A stretch of DNA of 64,000 nt from an uncultured Gammaproteobacteria bacterium (GCA_964653195.1 CAZZCX010000001.1:35290-99289); one strand, 5' to 3'; positions 1 through 10,443 are shown, numbered from the stretch's first letter. The notes: generated from the letters alone by a model not told the origin. Numbers and translations are program-made.

Positions 1-141
1 CTTGTAAAGCGTATACAAAAAGTAGACAATAATGAATATTTCGTTTCTGGCGACAATAAAAGCCAAAGTACAGATAGTAAAACATTCGGTTATATAAAAA
101 GAATTGATATTGCCGGGCAAGTTGTTTATAAATTTTCTTAA
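1..141 (+). CDS. 3' end of an S24/S26-family peptidase (SodX/NiSOD-maturation-protease-like), truncated by window edge
   Basis: Manual translation LVKRIQKVDNNEYFVSGDNKSQSTDSKTFGYIKRIDIAGQVVYKFS*; KR catalytic Lys box and GDN..S.DS..FG box of S26 peptidases. Confidence 0.7.
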   Translation, partial: LVKRIQKVDNNEYFVSGDNKSQSTDSKTFGYIKRIDIAGQVVYKFS

Positions 142-156
142 ACTTTATATAGATAT

Positions 157-714
157 ATGTTTTTCATCATTTTTCAAATAGGAATATTTTTGATAATCAT
201 ACTTTTAATTTATTTTTTAACCTGGTTTCTTCCAACTGACAGTCCCTGGTCTCCTTGGTGGGCAACTTCTAAAGAAATTGCTCGAAAAGCATGTAAAATC
301 GCAAAAGTAGAAAGAAAAGATATATTTTATGAACTTGGTTCAGGCACAGGAACGACGGTAGTGATTGCAGCAAAAGAGTTTGGAGCGAAAGCTATAGGAA
401 TTGAGTCGGATTGGAGTAGAGTCACTTGGTCACGCTGGAAAGCAGATAAATCTGGAGTTGGAAAGAAAGTAAAATTTATTAGAAATAACTTTTTTGATGT
501 TAGCCTTAAGGATGCAACAGTAATTTATTTATATTTAGTACCTAGAGTTATAAAAAAACTGAGGACTAAACTATTGAGAGAGTTAAAGCCTGGGACGCGT
601 GTTATAAGCTATACTTATTTTATTGATTATTTACCCCAAGTTGCTATCGATGAAGAATCTCAAATTTTTGTTTATAAAATAGAAGAAAAAGTAAAAAGTT
701 CCCCTAGCGTTTGA
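157..714 (+). CDS. Membrane-anchored class I SAM methyltransferase (FAM173/DOT1-like)
   Basis: N-terminal hydrophobic helix, ELGSGTG motif I, GIE, 'VIYLYL', 'ELKPGTRVIS'. Confidence 0.75.
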   Translation: MFFIIFQIGIFLIIILLIYFLTWFLPTDSPWSPWWATSKEIARKACKIAKVERKDIFYELGSGTGTTVVIAAKEFGAKAIGIESDWSRVTWSRWKADKSGVGKKVKFIRNNFFDVSLKDATVIYLYLVPRVIKKLRTKLLRELKPGTRVISYTYFIDYLPQVAIDEESQIFVYKIEEKVKSSPSV

Positions 715-1798
715 TTTTTAGATAAAAACTTCGAAGTATGTCAGCAATTTTATAAATTTCATAGAAGAAAGGCTTGATGACAAGATCTAAACTACCTACA
801 TATTCTATGTGTTCTGGATTAAACCGTTTTTTGAATAAATGAAATCCGTACCATGGATTATTGGGGTCAGGATTTGATGAAAGTGAGCCCCACATATCAA
901 ACTTTTTAAGTCCGAGTTTTTTTCCCCATTTTATAGCTTCCCACATCGTAAGGGTTGAATGCATGACGTTTCTATTTTCATTGCTTGATGCACCGTACGG
1001 GTAATAGAGCGTGTCATGAAAAACAAAAAAAAGCATCGTTGTCAAAACTTTATTTTGATAGGTCGCTGTAAATAAGTGAGAAGTTAGCTGATCTGGGTTT
1101 ATAGTTTGAGAAGTATGAGAAATTCTTGTTTTACTTGAAGAATAAACGTGATTTAGCGTTTCCCATTGGGACTTGTGGTAATGTTTAGTATGGGCATAAA
1201 ATCGTTGTCTTTTAGTGGTTTCCTGTGTTAGCGCCCAGTACTTTTCAAATGCAGCATCGGAATTATCAACAGATACTAAAACTCCGTGCCTTTCAGCGAC
1301 TTTTATATTGTATCTTGTTTTTGGATGTAGATTTTTTAAGAGTTCTTCTTCAGTCTTTGTTAGGTCAAGTTGAAAAGTATATTTGGTAAATAGAGGATGC
1401 GCTGACTGCTTGAGAGAGTACTGAGAACTGTTAAGTAGTTTATCTATTTGCCGATTCTCGCCTGTCGGCGAGGCAGAGTCACTTACCATTTGCTCATTGG
1501 GTTCAAGTTGTATAAATATACAATTTTCTTTTTTACCGATATTTGCCAATTCTTCTAAGATTTCCTTAGTTGGGAATACGCTCTTAGGTAAGTAACCGAT
1601 TTTTAATGAAGTATTAGGAATAGAATGTATGCTTAGTTGAAAAGCAGATACTAGTTCTCCCCCATCATAAATGCCACGTCGAATTATTTTGATGCCTGTT
1701 TTTTTTCTAAATTCCCCCCATTCATAGCTCTGAAGCGGATGCATCACTACTTTATTGAAGTCTTTTCTCATTTCTTCGCTTATTTGTAATATTCTCAT
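704..1798 (-). CDS. FemABX-family peptidoglycan bridge peptidyltransferase
   Basis: HPLQSYEWGEF, 'LDLTKTEEELL..KTRYNIKVAERHGV', YYPYGAS, 'FDMWG', 'GFHLFKKRF'. Confidence 0.85.
   Translation of the reverse strand: MRILQISEEMRKDFNKVVMHPLQSYEWGEFRKKTGIKIIRRGIYDGGELVSAFQLSIHSIPNTSLKIGYLPKSVFPTKEILEELANIGKKENCIFIQLEPNEQMVSDSASPTGENRQIDKLLNSSQYSLKQSAHPLFTKYTFQLDLTKTEEELLKNLHPKTRYNIKVAERHGVLVSVDNSDAAFEKYWALTQETTKRQRFYAHTKHYHKSQWETLNHVYSSSKTRISHTSQTINPDQLTSHLFTATYQNKVLTTMLFFVFHDTLYYPYGASSNENRNVMHSTLTMWEAIKWGKKLGLKKFDMWGSLSSNPDPNNPWYGFHLFKKRFNPEHIEYVGSLDLVIKPFFYEIYKIADILRSFYLKIKR
1453..1480. repeat. In-frame REP-like palindrome inside the FemABX gene
   Basis: GC-rich hairpin CTCGCC-TGTC-GGCGAG (1457-1472) in AT-rich gene; encodes part of DSASPTGEN. 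Confidence 0.6.
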
Positions 1799-1824
1799 GT
1801 GTTGTGAAATAAATTATACAGCTA

Positions 1825-3693
1825 TTAGAAGTATTCCATTACTTCCTCATTTTTTATTGTGTATTTTAGGCTTTTATTTATAACTTTTTCCGGTAATTCA
1901 AAAATGAAACGGGAAACTGTATTTTGATTCATTCTTCCAAAAAAAATTCTTTTTCTTGCGTATGTCAGATAAAGTTTTTCACGGGCTCTTGTCATTCCTA
2001 CATAACAAAGTCGTCGTTCTTCCTCTAGCTCGTCTTTATTCATAAGCGATCTACTATGAGGAAAAATACCTTCTTCCATACCTATTATAAAGACATATGG
2101 AAATTCTAATCCTTTCGCAGCATGAAGTGTCATAAGTGTCACCGCATTCTTTTTTCCGTCGTTAAGTTTTTTATCTGCATAGTATTCGCTTTCTACTAAG
2201 GACACGTTTTCTAAAAATTCTGTCAGTTGGGGAAAAGCGAGTGCGACTGATCTAAGTTCTTTTATATTTTCCAACCTTGCTCTATCTTCAGGATCATCTT
2301 CATCATATAATTCAAGATACTGTGTAGCCTTTATTGTACTATCAAGTAGTTCAATTGTTTCTATGCTTTCAATTTCTTTAATACTTTCTGAAAAAACTAA
2401 AAATTTCTTCAATCTTCCCTTCCCTATTTTTTCTAATCTTTTAAAAGATATCTTGTCTTTTGGGTTTCCTAATATTCTTAAGTAAGACAATACGTCTTTG
2501 ACTTCCTTTCGATCATAAAATCTAGTACCGCCAATCAAAACATAAGGAATAGAGTTATGTAGAAATGCCTCTTCAACTATGCGGGATTGCGCGTTCGTAC
2601 GGTACAATATTGCAATTTGGTCTAATTTACTAATCCCTATAGAATATATTGATTTTATAATGAAATCTATTTCGTCTTGTTCATTAAGCGATTCGTAGAT
2701 CTCTATCTCCTCGCCATGCGGATTCTGTGTCCAAAGTGAGAGAATTGGATGAGTCGTGTTGTGTGCTATAACTGCAGTAGCACCGTCTAATATTTTTTGG
2801 GTGGAACGATAGTTTTGTGAAAGAGCAAAAGTTTTAGTTTTTGGAAAATCATCTTTAAAACGGGTAAGATTTCTGTAATCAGCACCCCGCCATGAGTATA
2901 TGCTTTGTGAGAAATCTCCCACAACACAGATATTATTATATTTTTTAGCTAGCAATTTGGTAAGAAGATATTGCGCTCTATTAGTATCCTGATATTCATC
3001 AATAAGAATATACCTAAACTGATCCTGATACTTTTTTAGAACCAATTCGTCTTCTTGAAATAGTTTTACTGTATGGTTTATGAGATCATCAAAGTCCATA
3101 GCATTATTTTCTTTTAAAAGTCTTTGATAGCTAGGATATATTACTGCAACTGTTTTTTGAAATTGTCCTCTGGCAAAAAGTGTATATTGCTCTGGTGTTA
3201 TTAACTCGTTTTTAGCACCACTTATAGTTCCCAAAATCGCATTCGGTTTGAAATCTTTCGTAGAGATATAAAGGTGTTCCATTGTTTGTTTAATTAAATC
3301 TAGAGAATCATTACCATCATAAATGGAAAATTGAGATGAAAAACCAATCTTGCCTGCCTCTTTTCGTAGTAATTTGGCACATAACGAGTGGAAGGTTGAG
3401 ATAAATGGACTCTGATTTTTGCCTAGTTGTTTATATTTAGCAAAGAATTTTTGGATTCTTTCTTTCATTTCGTTAGCCGCTTTATTCGTAAATGTAACCA
3501 TAAGAATATTCTCAGGAGCTACATTTTTTTCCAAAATCAGATATATAACTTTGTATGTAAGAACTCTAGTCTTTCCGGAGCCTGCACCGGCAAGTATTAC
3601 TGTCGGTCCATTGGTTGCTTCAACTGCTTTGAATTGTTCGTTATTTAAAGAGTTGAGTAGTTCACTTTTCATAAGGTATAATGATTCAGTCAT
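1825..3693 (-). CDS. pcrA: PcrA/UvrD SF1 DNA helicase (short form)
   Basis: AGAGSGKT, TFTNKAA, DEYQD, QNYRS, TLHAAKGLEF, EERRLCYVGMTRA; start may be the second ATG (3672). Confidence 0.9.
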   Translation of the reverse strand: MTESLYLMKSELLNSLNNEQFKAVEATNGPTVILAGAGSGKTRVLTYKVIYLILEKNVAPENILMVTFTNKAANEMKERIQKFFAKYKQLGKNQSPFISTFHSLCAKLLRKEAGKIGFSSQFSIYDGNDSLDLIKQTMEHLYISTKDFKPNAILGTISGAKNELITPEQYTLFARGQFQKTVAVIYPSYQRLLKENNAMDFDDLINHTVKLFQEDELVLKKYQDQFRYILIDEYQDTNRAQYLLTKLLAKKYNNICVVGDFSQSIYSWRGADYRNLTRFKDDFPKTKTFALSQNYRSTQKILDGATAVIAHNTTHPILSLWTQNPHGEEIEIYESLNEQDEIDFIIKSIYSIGISKLDQIAILYRTNAQSRIVEEAFLHNSIPYVLIGGTRFYDRKEVKDVLSYLRILGNPKDKISFKRLEKIGKGRLKKFLVFSESIKEIESIETIELLDSTIKATQYLELYDEDDPEDRARLENIKELRSVALAFPQLTEFLENVSLVESEYYADKKLNDGKKNAVTLMTLHAAKGLEFPYVFIIGMEEGIFPHSRSLMNKDELEEERRLCYVGMTRAREKLYLTYARKRIFFGRMNQNTVSRFIFELPEKVINKSLKYTIKNEEVMEYF

Positions 3694-3749
3694 AACATTC
3701 TAACATATGATCTATTAGCCCTGAAGATCAGAGTATGAATTTATAGAAT

Positions 3750-4430
3750 ATGAAAAAGCTTTTTATTGTTGGGAATTGGAAATCTTACAAGACTAAGTCT
3801 GAAGCGATCGAGTGGTTTACTCAATTTACCAATACGAGCTTGGTTCTTGCTGACACAGAAAACAAAATAATAATACTTTGTCCACCATTTCCATTACTAG
3901 CCATACTTGAGGATTTAATTGCTAAATCTATAAACAACACCAACTTAAATCTAAACTTAGGATGCCAAAACGTTTCTTCTTTTGAAGAAGGTGCTTATAC
4001 AGGGGAGGTATCTGCAAAACTTCTAAGTGGATTTTGTAAATATGTAATCATTGGACACTCAGAAAGAAGAACTAATTTTAAAGAAACTGATGACCAATTA
4101 AAAAGAAAAGTCGAATTAACCAAGCGTTTTAACATGACGCCAATTTTTTGTATTCAAGGTAAAGAGACAATAATACCAGATGGAGTTGATGTAGTAGCAT
4201 ATGAACCAGTTTCCGCAATAGGTACAGGTAAGCCTGACGATCCGATTGATGCCGAAGAGGTAGCTGGTTATGTAAAGGAAAAATATAAAGTTAGTGTAGT
4301 TTTATACGGGGGCAGTGTGAACGAGAATGATGTCACTTCATTTACAAATCAACCTCACATAGACGGTGTTTTAGTGGGTGGAGCGAGTAGAGATGCAATC
4401 AGCTTCACTAAAATAATTAAAAATGCTTAA
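3750..4430 (+). CDS. tpiA: Triosephosphate isomerase
   Basis: GNWK, GAYTGEVS, IIGHSERR, AYEP..AIGTG, LYGGSV, DGVLVGGAS. Confidence 0.95.
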   Translation: MKKLFIVGNWKSYKTKSEAIEWFTQFTNTSLVLADTENKIIILCPPFPLLAILEDLIAKSINNTNLNLNLGCQNVSSFEEGAYTGEVSAKLLSGFCKYVIIGHSERRTNFKETDDQLKRKVELTKRFNMTPIFCIQGKETIIPDGVDVVAYEPVSAIGTGKPDDPIDAEEVAGYVKEKYKVSVVLYGGSVNENDVTSFTNQPHIDGVLVGGASRDAISFTKIIKNA

Positions 4431-4516
4431 AGGCATTTTATTTGCAAAAATGCGAATATAACTATCCATATTAGGTGTATATTCGCATTATTCATGTTAA
4501 ATCTAAAACTAATCAT

Positions 4517-5659
4517 ATGCCAAAACGGAAAAAGAAACTTTCACAGAAAAAAACTATAGTATTAATTTCGTTGGTATTTGCGTTAATAGGATTTTTGATT
4601 ATTTCAAAATTTTCTGCATACATAAAACCCTTATACGAACTAGCTTTTGAAAAAAAGATAGAACTAAAAAAAACTAACGAAGAAAAGATAAATATACTTT
4701 TATTAGGAATAGGAGGTGGTTCACATGACGGGCCTTTGCTTACGGATACTATTATGTTTGCCAGTATAGACCCCTTGAAACTATCTGTAAACTTAATATC
4801 GATTCCAAGAGATTTATGGATTGATGAAGTTAAAGATAAAGTTAATAAAGTTTATGTTTATAGCGAGGTTAAGAAAAAAAGTTCCGGATTACTTGAAACA
4901 AAAAGAGTAGTAAGTAAAGTAGTTGGTCAAAGAATTGATTATGGTTTTCTAATTGATTTCACCGGTTTTATAAAGGCAGTTGATATTATAGGAGGAATTA
5001 ATGTAAAAGTAGAAAGATCATTTGATGATTATGCCTATCCAGTTGCTGGCAAAGAAAATGATCTTTGCGGTTTTGAAGAAGAGTCAATAGCAAGCTTTTC
5101 TGCTCAAATCGCAACCGGGAGCGCTACCGATTTTGATATATTTCCTTGCCGCTTTGAGCATTTAAAATTTGAGAAAGGGGAACAGCATATGGATGGCATA
5201 ACAGCATTAAAATTTGTGAGATCACGGCATGCGCTCGGTCCTGAAGGTACAGACTTTGCTAGGAGTATGCGTCAGGAAAAAGTGATAAAAGCAGTAAAAG
5301 AGAAAGTATTTTCAGCGGGAATACTCCTAAATCCCGTGAGAATATTTAGTCTATATGATGTAATCAAAGATAGTATAGATACAGATATAAAAGAGGAAGA
5401 AATTGATGATTTCATAAAGCTTGCACAAAAAATGAAGAATTCAGAAATTCACAGTACAGTATTAGATGTGAGTGAAGATGACCGCGAAATACCAGCATTG
5501 CTGTGGAATCCACCTATTTCAGATGAGTATAATTATCAATGGGTTATAATTCCTAAAAAAGGAAAAAGTGATTACTCAGAAGTCCATACATACATAATGT
5601 GTATTATAAAATATAATGGCTGCTCAGCTACTCCCACCTATTCCACATCGATTAACTGA
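4517..5659 (+). CDS. LCP (LytR-CpsA-Psr) family phosphotransferase
   Basis: N-terminal TM, NILLLG, TDTIM, SIPRD, ALKFVRSRH, DFARSMRQ; in-frame ATG at 4517 preferred over GTG 4475. Confidence 0.9.
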   Translation: MPKRKKKLSQKKTIVLISLVFALIGFLIISKFSAYIKPLYELAFEKKIELKKTNEEKINILLLGIGGGSHDGPLLTDTIMFASIDPLKLSVNLISIPRDLWIDEVKDKVNKVYVYSEVKKKSSGLLETKRVVSKVVGQRIDYGFLIDFTGFIKAVDIIGGINVKVERSFDDYAYPVAGKENDLCGFEEESIASFSAQIATGSATDFDIFPCRFEHLKFEKGEQHMDGITALKFVRSRHALGPEGTDFARSMRQEKVIKAVKEKVFSAGILLNPVRIFSLYDVIKDSIDTDIKEEEIDDFIKLAQKMKNSEIHSTVLDVSEDDREIPALLWNPPISDEYNYQWVIIPKKGKSDYSEVHTYIMCIIKYNGCSATPTYSTSIN

Positions 5660-5721
5660 TATTTTTTTGACAAAACTTGAAAATAAAGTATAATCGGCAT
5701 GATAATAAACTATTTATTATT

Positions 5722-6231
5722 ATGTTTGCGGATGTATTGAAAAGATCAGGAATATTATATTTTGTTATTCAGCAAACAATTGTGCCTGTATATTTTCCTG
5801 TACCTTTAGAAATTGAAGTTATCACCAGTTTACAAACACCAAATCTAGAGAAACTACCAGATATCAAAAACCACAAGGTCAAGTACAGTTATCCTATTTA
5901 TGAAAAGTTATTAGATGAGGAGGTATTTGACAACGCTGACAATACAGCAGGTGATAGAATAGACGATACTGTTAAAACAAATACATGTGATAGTTGTTCA
6001 TATCCATCTATCAGTCATCTGTCTACATTGGAACCGGTGGATGAAAATAAAAGTGCGTACGAAAAGCCAAAATCTGTTTTATCCTCATTGCCAACTGCAG
6101 ATTTAGTTCTGCCTACACCAGTGATCGTCGTAGAGCCTCCTGTAGATCCGTTTGGGTCAGTTAATCCAGGTTGTGGATGTGGCATGGTTTCAGAGAAGGG
6201 TATGGAGACAATCTGTCTTTGCCTCGAGTAG
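5722..6231 (+). CDS. Hypothetical protein, Cys-rich C-terminus
   Basis: Open frame following TTGACA-N16-TATAAT (5667-5694); no family recognised; start uncertain. Confidence 0.45.
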   Translation: MFADVLKRSGILYFVIQQTIVPVYFPVPLEIEVITSLQTPNLEKLPDIKNHKVKYSYPIYEKLLDEEVFDNADNTAGDRIDDTVKTNTCDSCSYPSISHLSTLEPVDENKSAYEKPKSVLSSLPTADLVLPTPVIVVEPPVDPFGSVNPGCGCGMVSEKGMETICLCLE

Positions 6232-6249
6232 CTTATTATTGATAGATAG

Positions 6250-8727
6250 TCACTTATGGATTTTTAAGATAAATGTATCTTCAGACTTGAAAACTGTCTT
6301 TCCAATGCTTTGAAGCTTCGATTCTTTTAGTAATGGATATTTCTCTCGCTCTAACCTTCCAATTATTACATAAGAGATATTGTATTTTTGTAATAATTCT
6401 TTAGTAATTAGTAAATCTTCAGATTCGTATATTTGCCTTATGTCATCAGTTCTTGAGTTTGGGGCATCTTGTCCTCTCCACAACCATTGGTGGACATACC
6501 ATCCAAGTACAGTTGGTAAGCCTGTATTTGCAGAAAATCTTTCGTAATCTGTATAAGAATCACCTTGCGCTTCAAGAATTACTGGCTGGTTTTTGAGATT
6601 ATTCAACCATAGATATGCTTCATAATCCCCGCTGGAACGGTTCTTTAAATATTTTACTCCATCTAATCCGACATACGTTTTAAGTCCATTGTAATAAGAA
6701 ATTACGGCAAAGTAAGGGTATACCAGTACAAGAGAAATAAGTGTAGCCGAAAGAAATACATAAGCCAAGTAAAGAGGTTTTATGGGTATTGGAAGTAATC
6801 TCAAATTATACTTTGAAGAAGTCCGTGTGATAACATATCCACTTACTATAGACAACATAATAAATGCCTGAAAAACTAATTTAAACATAGTATTTGCTCT
6901 GTAATGATCAGGATATATATCTTTCATATATATAAATTCAGGAATAATTATTAAAAATGTCGAGATAATTATCAGTAAAAGGATGAATTTATCAGTCTTT
7001 TTTAAAGGTTTATTTTTTAAGAAAAAGACTAGAAAAGTAAAAATAAAAAAATAAAAGAAACCATATAAAGTCAAAAGTTGCCATAGAGGTGATCTTAGGC
7101 AATGATCTGGTTCAAATAGTAAAGGTCCGATCTTTCTGCTTGTATACTTTGTGGTAACTTTTTGTGAATCTTTTGTATTCATCAGAGATAAGCAGTGATC
7201 CGGAACAAAAATCTTTTTTATAAGATTTCTATTATCTATGCCATATGTTTTTCCGGACATATCAACAGTTTCTTGAGTTAGAAATATTGAAGGAGCGCCT
7301 ACTACACCTATTCCGCCTACAAGTTTTGATGCATCAAAATTAAAAGAAAATGGGCGAGAAAAAAGGAAAAAAGTAAATAGAAGAATTGATAATTGGACTA
7401 GTAAGCCTATACCAAAATTTACAATCGGTTTCTTTAACTGAGATGATAGTCCATTGCCCCAATTTATTTTTAATGATAATTCATCTTTTGTTTGTTTTGT
7501 GACGTATTCTTCACTTGTCTTTCTAAAGACTCGATTATAGTGATAATAAAATAATACTAATGCAGTAAGTAGTAAATAAGTTAAGCCGTCCCATGCGTTT
7601 GTCATATACATGCTGGAGAGAAGAAAACTTATAAACACTAAACCGCTTACTATTGGTTTCATTCTACTTTTTGGGTCAGTAAAAAATATTACAAAGATTG
7701 TCGATATGGTGAGCAGTACTATCGGTATATCAGCAACATGCCCATGAAGATCAGCTACTACCCAGGAGTATATAGGAAATTCATGTATAGTATTGTGAAT
7801 AAATCTGGTTGCATTGGGATACCAGTAGTTATTTGGGACTGCCGTCAACTTTTTCTTATCAACTTCATTGCAATAAACTATTTCCTTGCTACCACTTGTG
7901 CTAATTTTTTCATACGAATCCTTACCGTAGCAAGGATTAACAAGAGACAATTCTAAATTCCAAATAGGCATTGGTTTCTCTACGTCATATGGCTTGAAGA
8001 ATATATATAAAATATGTAGATTACCAGATAGGCTAACCAAGCTGGCTGTTATAAGACCACCAACTATAATTCTAAAGATTTGCTTCTCAATTTTATTAAA
8101 AGATCGGGCTATGAGTGTTATTCCTAAAGAAAAAGACTCTAAAAAACATAATGCGAACAGTGTTGCGATCATTAAGTTGTAGGTAATAAAAGATGGTATT
8201 CCTGATGCCTTTGTGAGGACAGCAGTTATGAAATGACCGAAATAGTAATAATTTATAGGTAGTCCGGAATACCACATATCAACTGGAGGGAAATAAGTTG
8301 AGCGGAGTATAGAGTTTACAAAACCAAAATCCATATATTTCTCCAGGCCATAAATTTCAGGATTGAATGCGCGAACATAAGACCATGAGAGAAGACAAAG
8401 AAAGAAAATACATTCTTCGAATATAAAAAGAAAAATTCTTTTATGATTCAATAATGATTTATAACTTTTGCCTTTCCAAACGAGAATTGGAATTATTGTA
8501 AAAGTAAATATCAAATAAATCGAATAATTTGTAAACGGGGTTATTTTAAATATACCTAAGACAAAAACCAAATAGCTTATTATTAGTATTCCAAGAATCT
8601 TTGAGAACCCATAGCCCTTATCTAAAAATGAAGAAAAAATTATACCTGCTAAGGGCAAGAATACAATTCCTGATATAAAAAAAATAATCCACCAGCGAAA
8701 AACATACATGAGATCGTGTATTGGCAT
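6250..8727 (-). CDS. DUF2298 / YYY-type GT-C-like polytopic membrane protein
   Basis: EKYMDFGF, 'PINYYYFG', EFP..S...ADLHGH, TNAWD, RANTMFK, TGLPTVLGW..HQWLWRG. Confidence 0.85.
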   Translation of the reverse strand: MPIHDLMYVFRWWIIFFISGIVFLPLAGIIFSSFLDKGYGFSKILGILIISYLVFVLGIFKITPFTNYSIYLIFTFTIIPILVWKGKSYKSLLNHKRIFLFIFEECIFFLCLLSWSYVRAFNPEIYGLEKYMDFGFVNSILRSTYFPPVDMWYSGLPINYYYFGHFITAVLTKASGIPSFITYNLMIATLFALCFLESFSLGITLIARSFNKIEKQIFRIIVGGLITASLVSLSGNLHILYIFFKPYDVEKPMPIWNLELSLVNPCYGKDSYEKISTSGSKEIVYCNEVDKKKLTAVPNNYWYPNATRFIHNTIHEFPIYSWVVADLHGHVADIPIVLLTISTIFVIFFTDPKSRMKPIVSGLVFISFLLSSMYMTNAWDGLTYLLLTALVLFYYHYNRVFRKTSEEYVTKQTKDELSLKINWGNGLSSQLKKPIVNFGIGLLVQLSILLFTFFLFSRPFSFNFDASKLVGGIGVVGAPSIFLTQETVDMSGKTYGIDNRNLIKKIFVPDHCLSLMNTKDSQKVTTKYTSRKIGPLLFEPDHCLRSPLWQLLTLYGFFYFFIFTFLVFFLKNKPLKKTDKFILLLIIISTFLIIIPEFIYMKDIYPDHYRANTMFKLVFQAFIMLSIVSGYVITRTSSKYNLRLLPIPIKPLYLAYVFLSATLISLVLVYPYFAVISYYNGLKTYVGLDGVKYLKNRSSGDYEAYLWLNNLKNQPVILEAQGDSYTDYERFSANTGLPTVLGWYVHQWLWRGQDAPNSRTDDIRQIYESEDLLITKELLQKYNISYVIIGRLEREKYPLLKESKLQSIGKTVFKSEDTFILKIHK

Positions 8728-8738
8728 ATGAAAATTTT

Positions 8739-9281
8739 CTAATCTGTAAGTACATCTGAAATCTTTGTTATAGCGCGGATATTTTTGGAGATACTTTTAT
8801 CAATTTTGTTATTTAACCAGTATAACTTAGTTTTATTGTTTCTTGAAGCGATATATTTAAGTAAATATAGGTCATCGTCAACAAATTTATCAAGCTCTAA
8901 TTTCTTAATTTTTTCAAATTTGAAAATATGAGGTTGATTATTCTCAAAATTAAAATATAATTTATTAAATATATTTTCTAGTTTCTGTTTTATTATGATA
9001 CTTGTGGTTTGTTTTTGTAAAAAACTAAATCTACTGGAGATTAAATATAAATTATAATTCTTATCTAATGATAATTGCTTTACAAATAAAATATTTTTTT
9101 TAACTACTGGTCTTAAAAAAGATGCATGAGATATTTCTCGTATTTTTTGCTCAAATTTTGAGGGGTATCTGTATTTCAATTCCCCATTCATTTTCCCTCG
9201 ATATAAACGTTCAATTATTCTCTGAGGTATAATAGGAGGTGTATTTATAAATATATTATCTAAATCAAAGCCAATTTTCAT
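8739..9281 (-). CDS. HAD-superfamily (5'-nucleotidase-like) hydrolase
   Basis: MKIGFDLD motif I, ISSR motif II, FVDDD motif IV; start reassigned to ATG 9281. Confidence 0.7.
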   Translation of the reverse strand: MKIGFDLDNIFINTPPIIPQRIIERLYRGKMNGELKYRYPSKFEQKIREISHASFLRPVVKKNILFVKQLSLDKNYNLYLISSRFSFLQKQTTSIIIKQKLENIFNKLYFNFENNQPHIFKFEKIKKLELDKFVDDDLYLLKYIASRNNKTKLYWLNNKIDKSISKNIRAITKISDVLTD

Positions 9282-9309
9282 ATAATTATTATACACATCT
9301 ATAACAATA

Positions 9310-10443
9310 ATGAATATATTATTTACTGTTAGTTATTACAAGCCGTATATATCAGGAATTACAGTTTATGCTCAACGTTTAGCAGCTTCTCTTTCAAAAC
9401 GTGGTTATAATGTAACAATAGTAACTACGCAGTTAGATAAAAATTTATCCAAAAAAGAAATCGAGAAAGGTGTTCGAGTAATTCGTGTTCCTATAGCATT
9501 AAAGCTTTATAAGGGATTTATTATGCCCTCTTATATATTTAAAATTTGGCAGCAAGTAAGTAAATCAGAAGCAGTTGTATCTCATTTACCCCAGTTTGAA
9601 AGTCTTTTTGTAGCATTTATAGCGAAAATTCTAAGAAAAAAGTACTATGTGATTTATCATTGTGAAGTGAAGTTGCCTAGTAGTATATTTGGTAGAATTA
9701 TTGAGTTACTTTTATATCACTTTCATTTTATAACATTAGTGCTCGCTGATAAAATAATTACTACTACAAAAGATTATGCAATTAATTCTTCATTGTTGCC
9801 AAAGTTTTTGGCTAAAACTTTTTATATTTATCCTCCAATTCCACATTTACCGTTGAATGATATATCAGTTAGTGATAATTTGATGAAGCAAAAAATATAT
9901 GCGATAGGTGTAGTAGCGCGATTATCTACTGAGAAAGGTTTTGAATATCTATTTTCAGCGATACCATTTATCAAAAAAAGTCTAGGAGAAAATTTCGAAA
10001 TACATATTGTTGGGCCAATGTACCCAATGGGAGAATCTGCATATATGAAAAAGCTTTCTTCACTCTTAGAGAAATTTAAGAATTACATTCATTTTACAGA
10101 TACTATTAAGGATAACGAAATGGTTAAATTTTATAAAAGTCTTGATGTCCTTGTCTTGCCTAGTATAAATAAAACTGAAGCATTCGGGATGGTTCAGGTC
10201 GAAGCTATGCTTTGTGGTGTGCCTGTAGTAGCAAGTAACTTACCAGGAGTTAGAGTTCCAATCAGAGTTACTGGAATGGGTGAGATTGCAGTGCCCGCTG
10301 ATTCTGAAAGTTTGGCACAAAAGATTGTAAAAGTCTTGCATAATAAAGAGAAATACTGTAAAAACACGTCAAGAGTTAAAAAAATATTCTCTTATGAAAA
10401 AACTATCCAACAATATGAAAAAATACTTAACAGCGTTTCTTAG
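9310..10443 (+). CDS. GT4 family glycosyltransferase
   Basis: YYKPYISG, 'ARLSTEKG', LVLPS...EAFGMVQVEAMLCGVPVVAS. Confidence 0.9.
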   Translation: MNILFTVSYYKPYISGITVYAQRLAASLSKRGYNVTIVTTQLDKNLSKKEIEKGVRVIRVPIALKLYKGFIMPSYIFKIWQQVSKSEAVVSHLPQFESLFVAFIAKILRKKYYVIYHCEVKLPSSIFGRIIELLLYHFHFITLVLADKIITTTKDYAINSSLLPKFLAKTFYIYPPIPHLPLNDISVSDNLMKQKIYAIGVVARLSTEKGFEYLFSAIPFIKKSLGENFEIHIVGPMYPMGESAYMKKLSSLLEKFKNYIHFTDTIKDNEMVKFYKSLDVLVLPSINKTEAFGMVQVEAMLCGVPVVASNLPGVRVPIRVTGMGEIAVPADSESLAQKIVKVLHNKEKYCKNTSRVKKIFSYEKTIQQYEKILNSVS

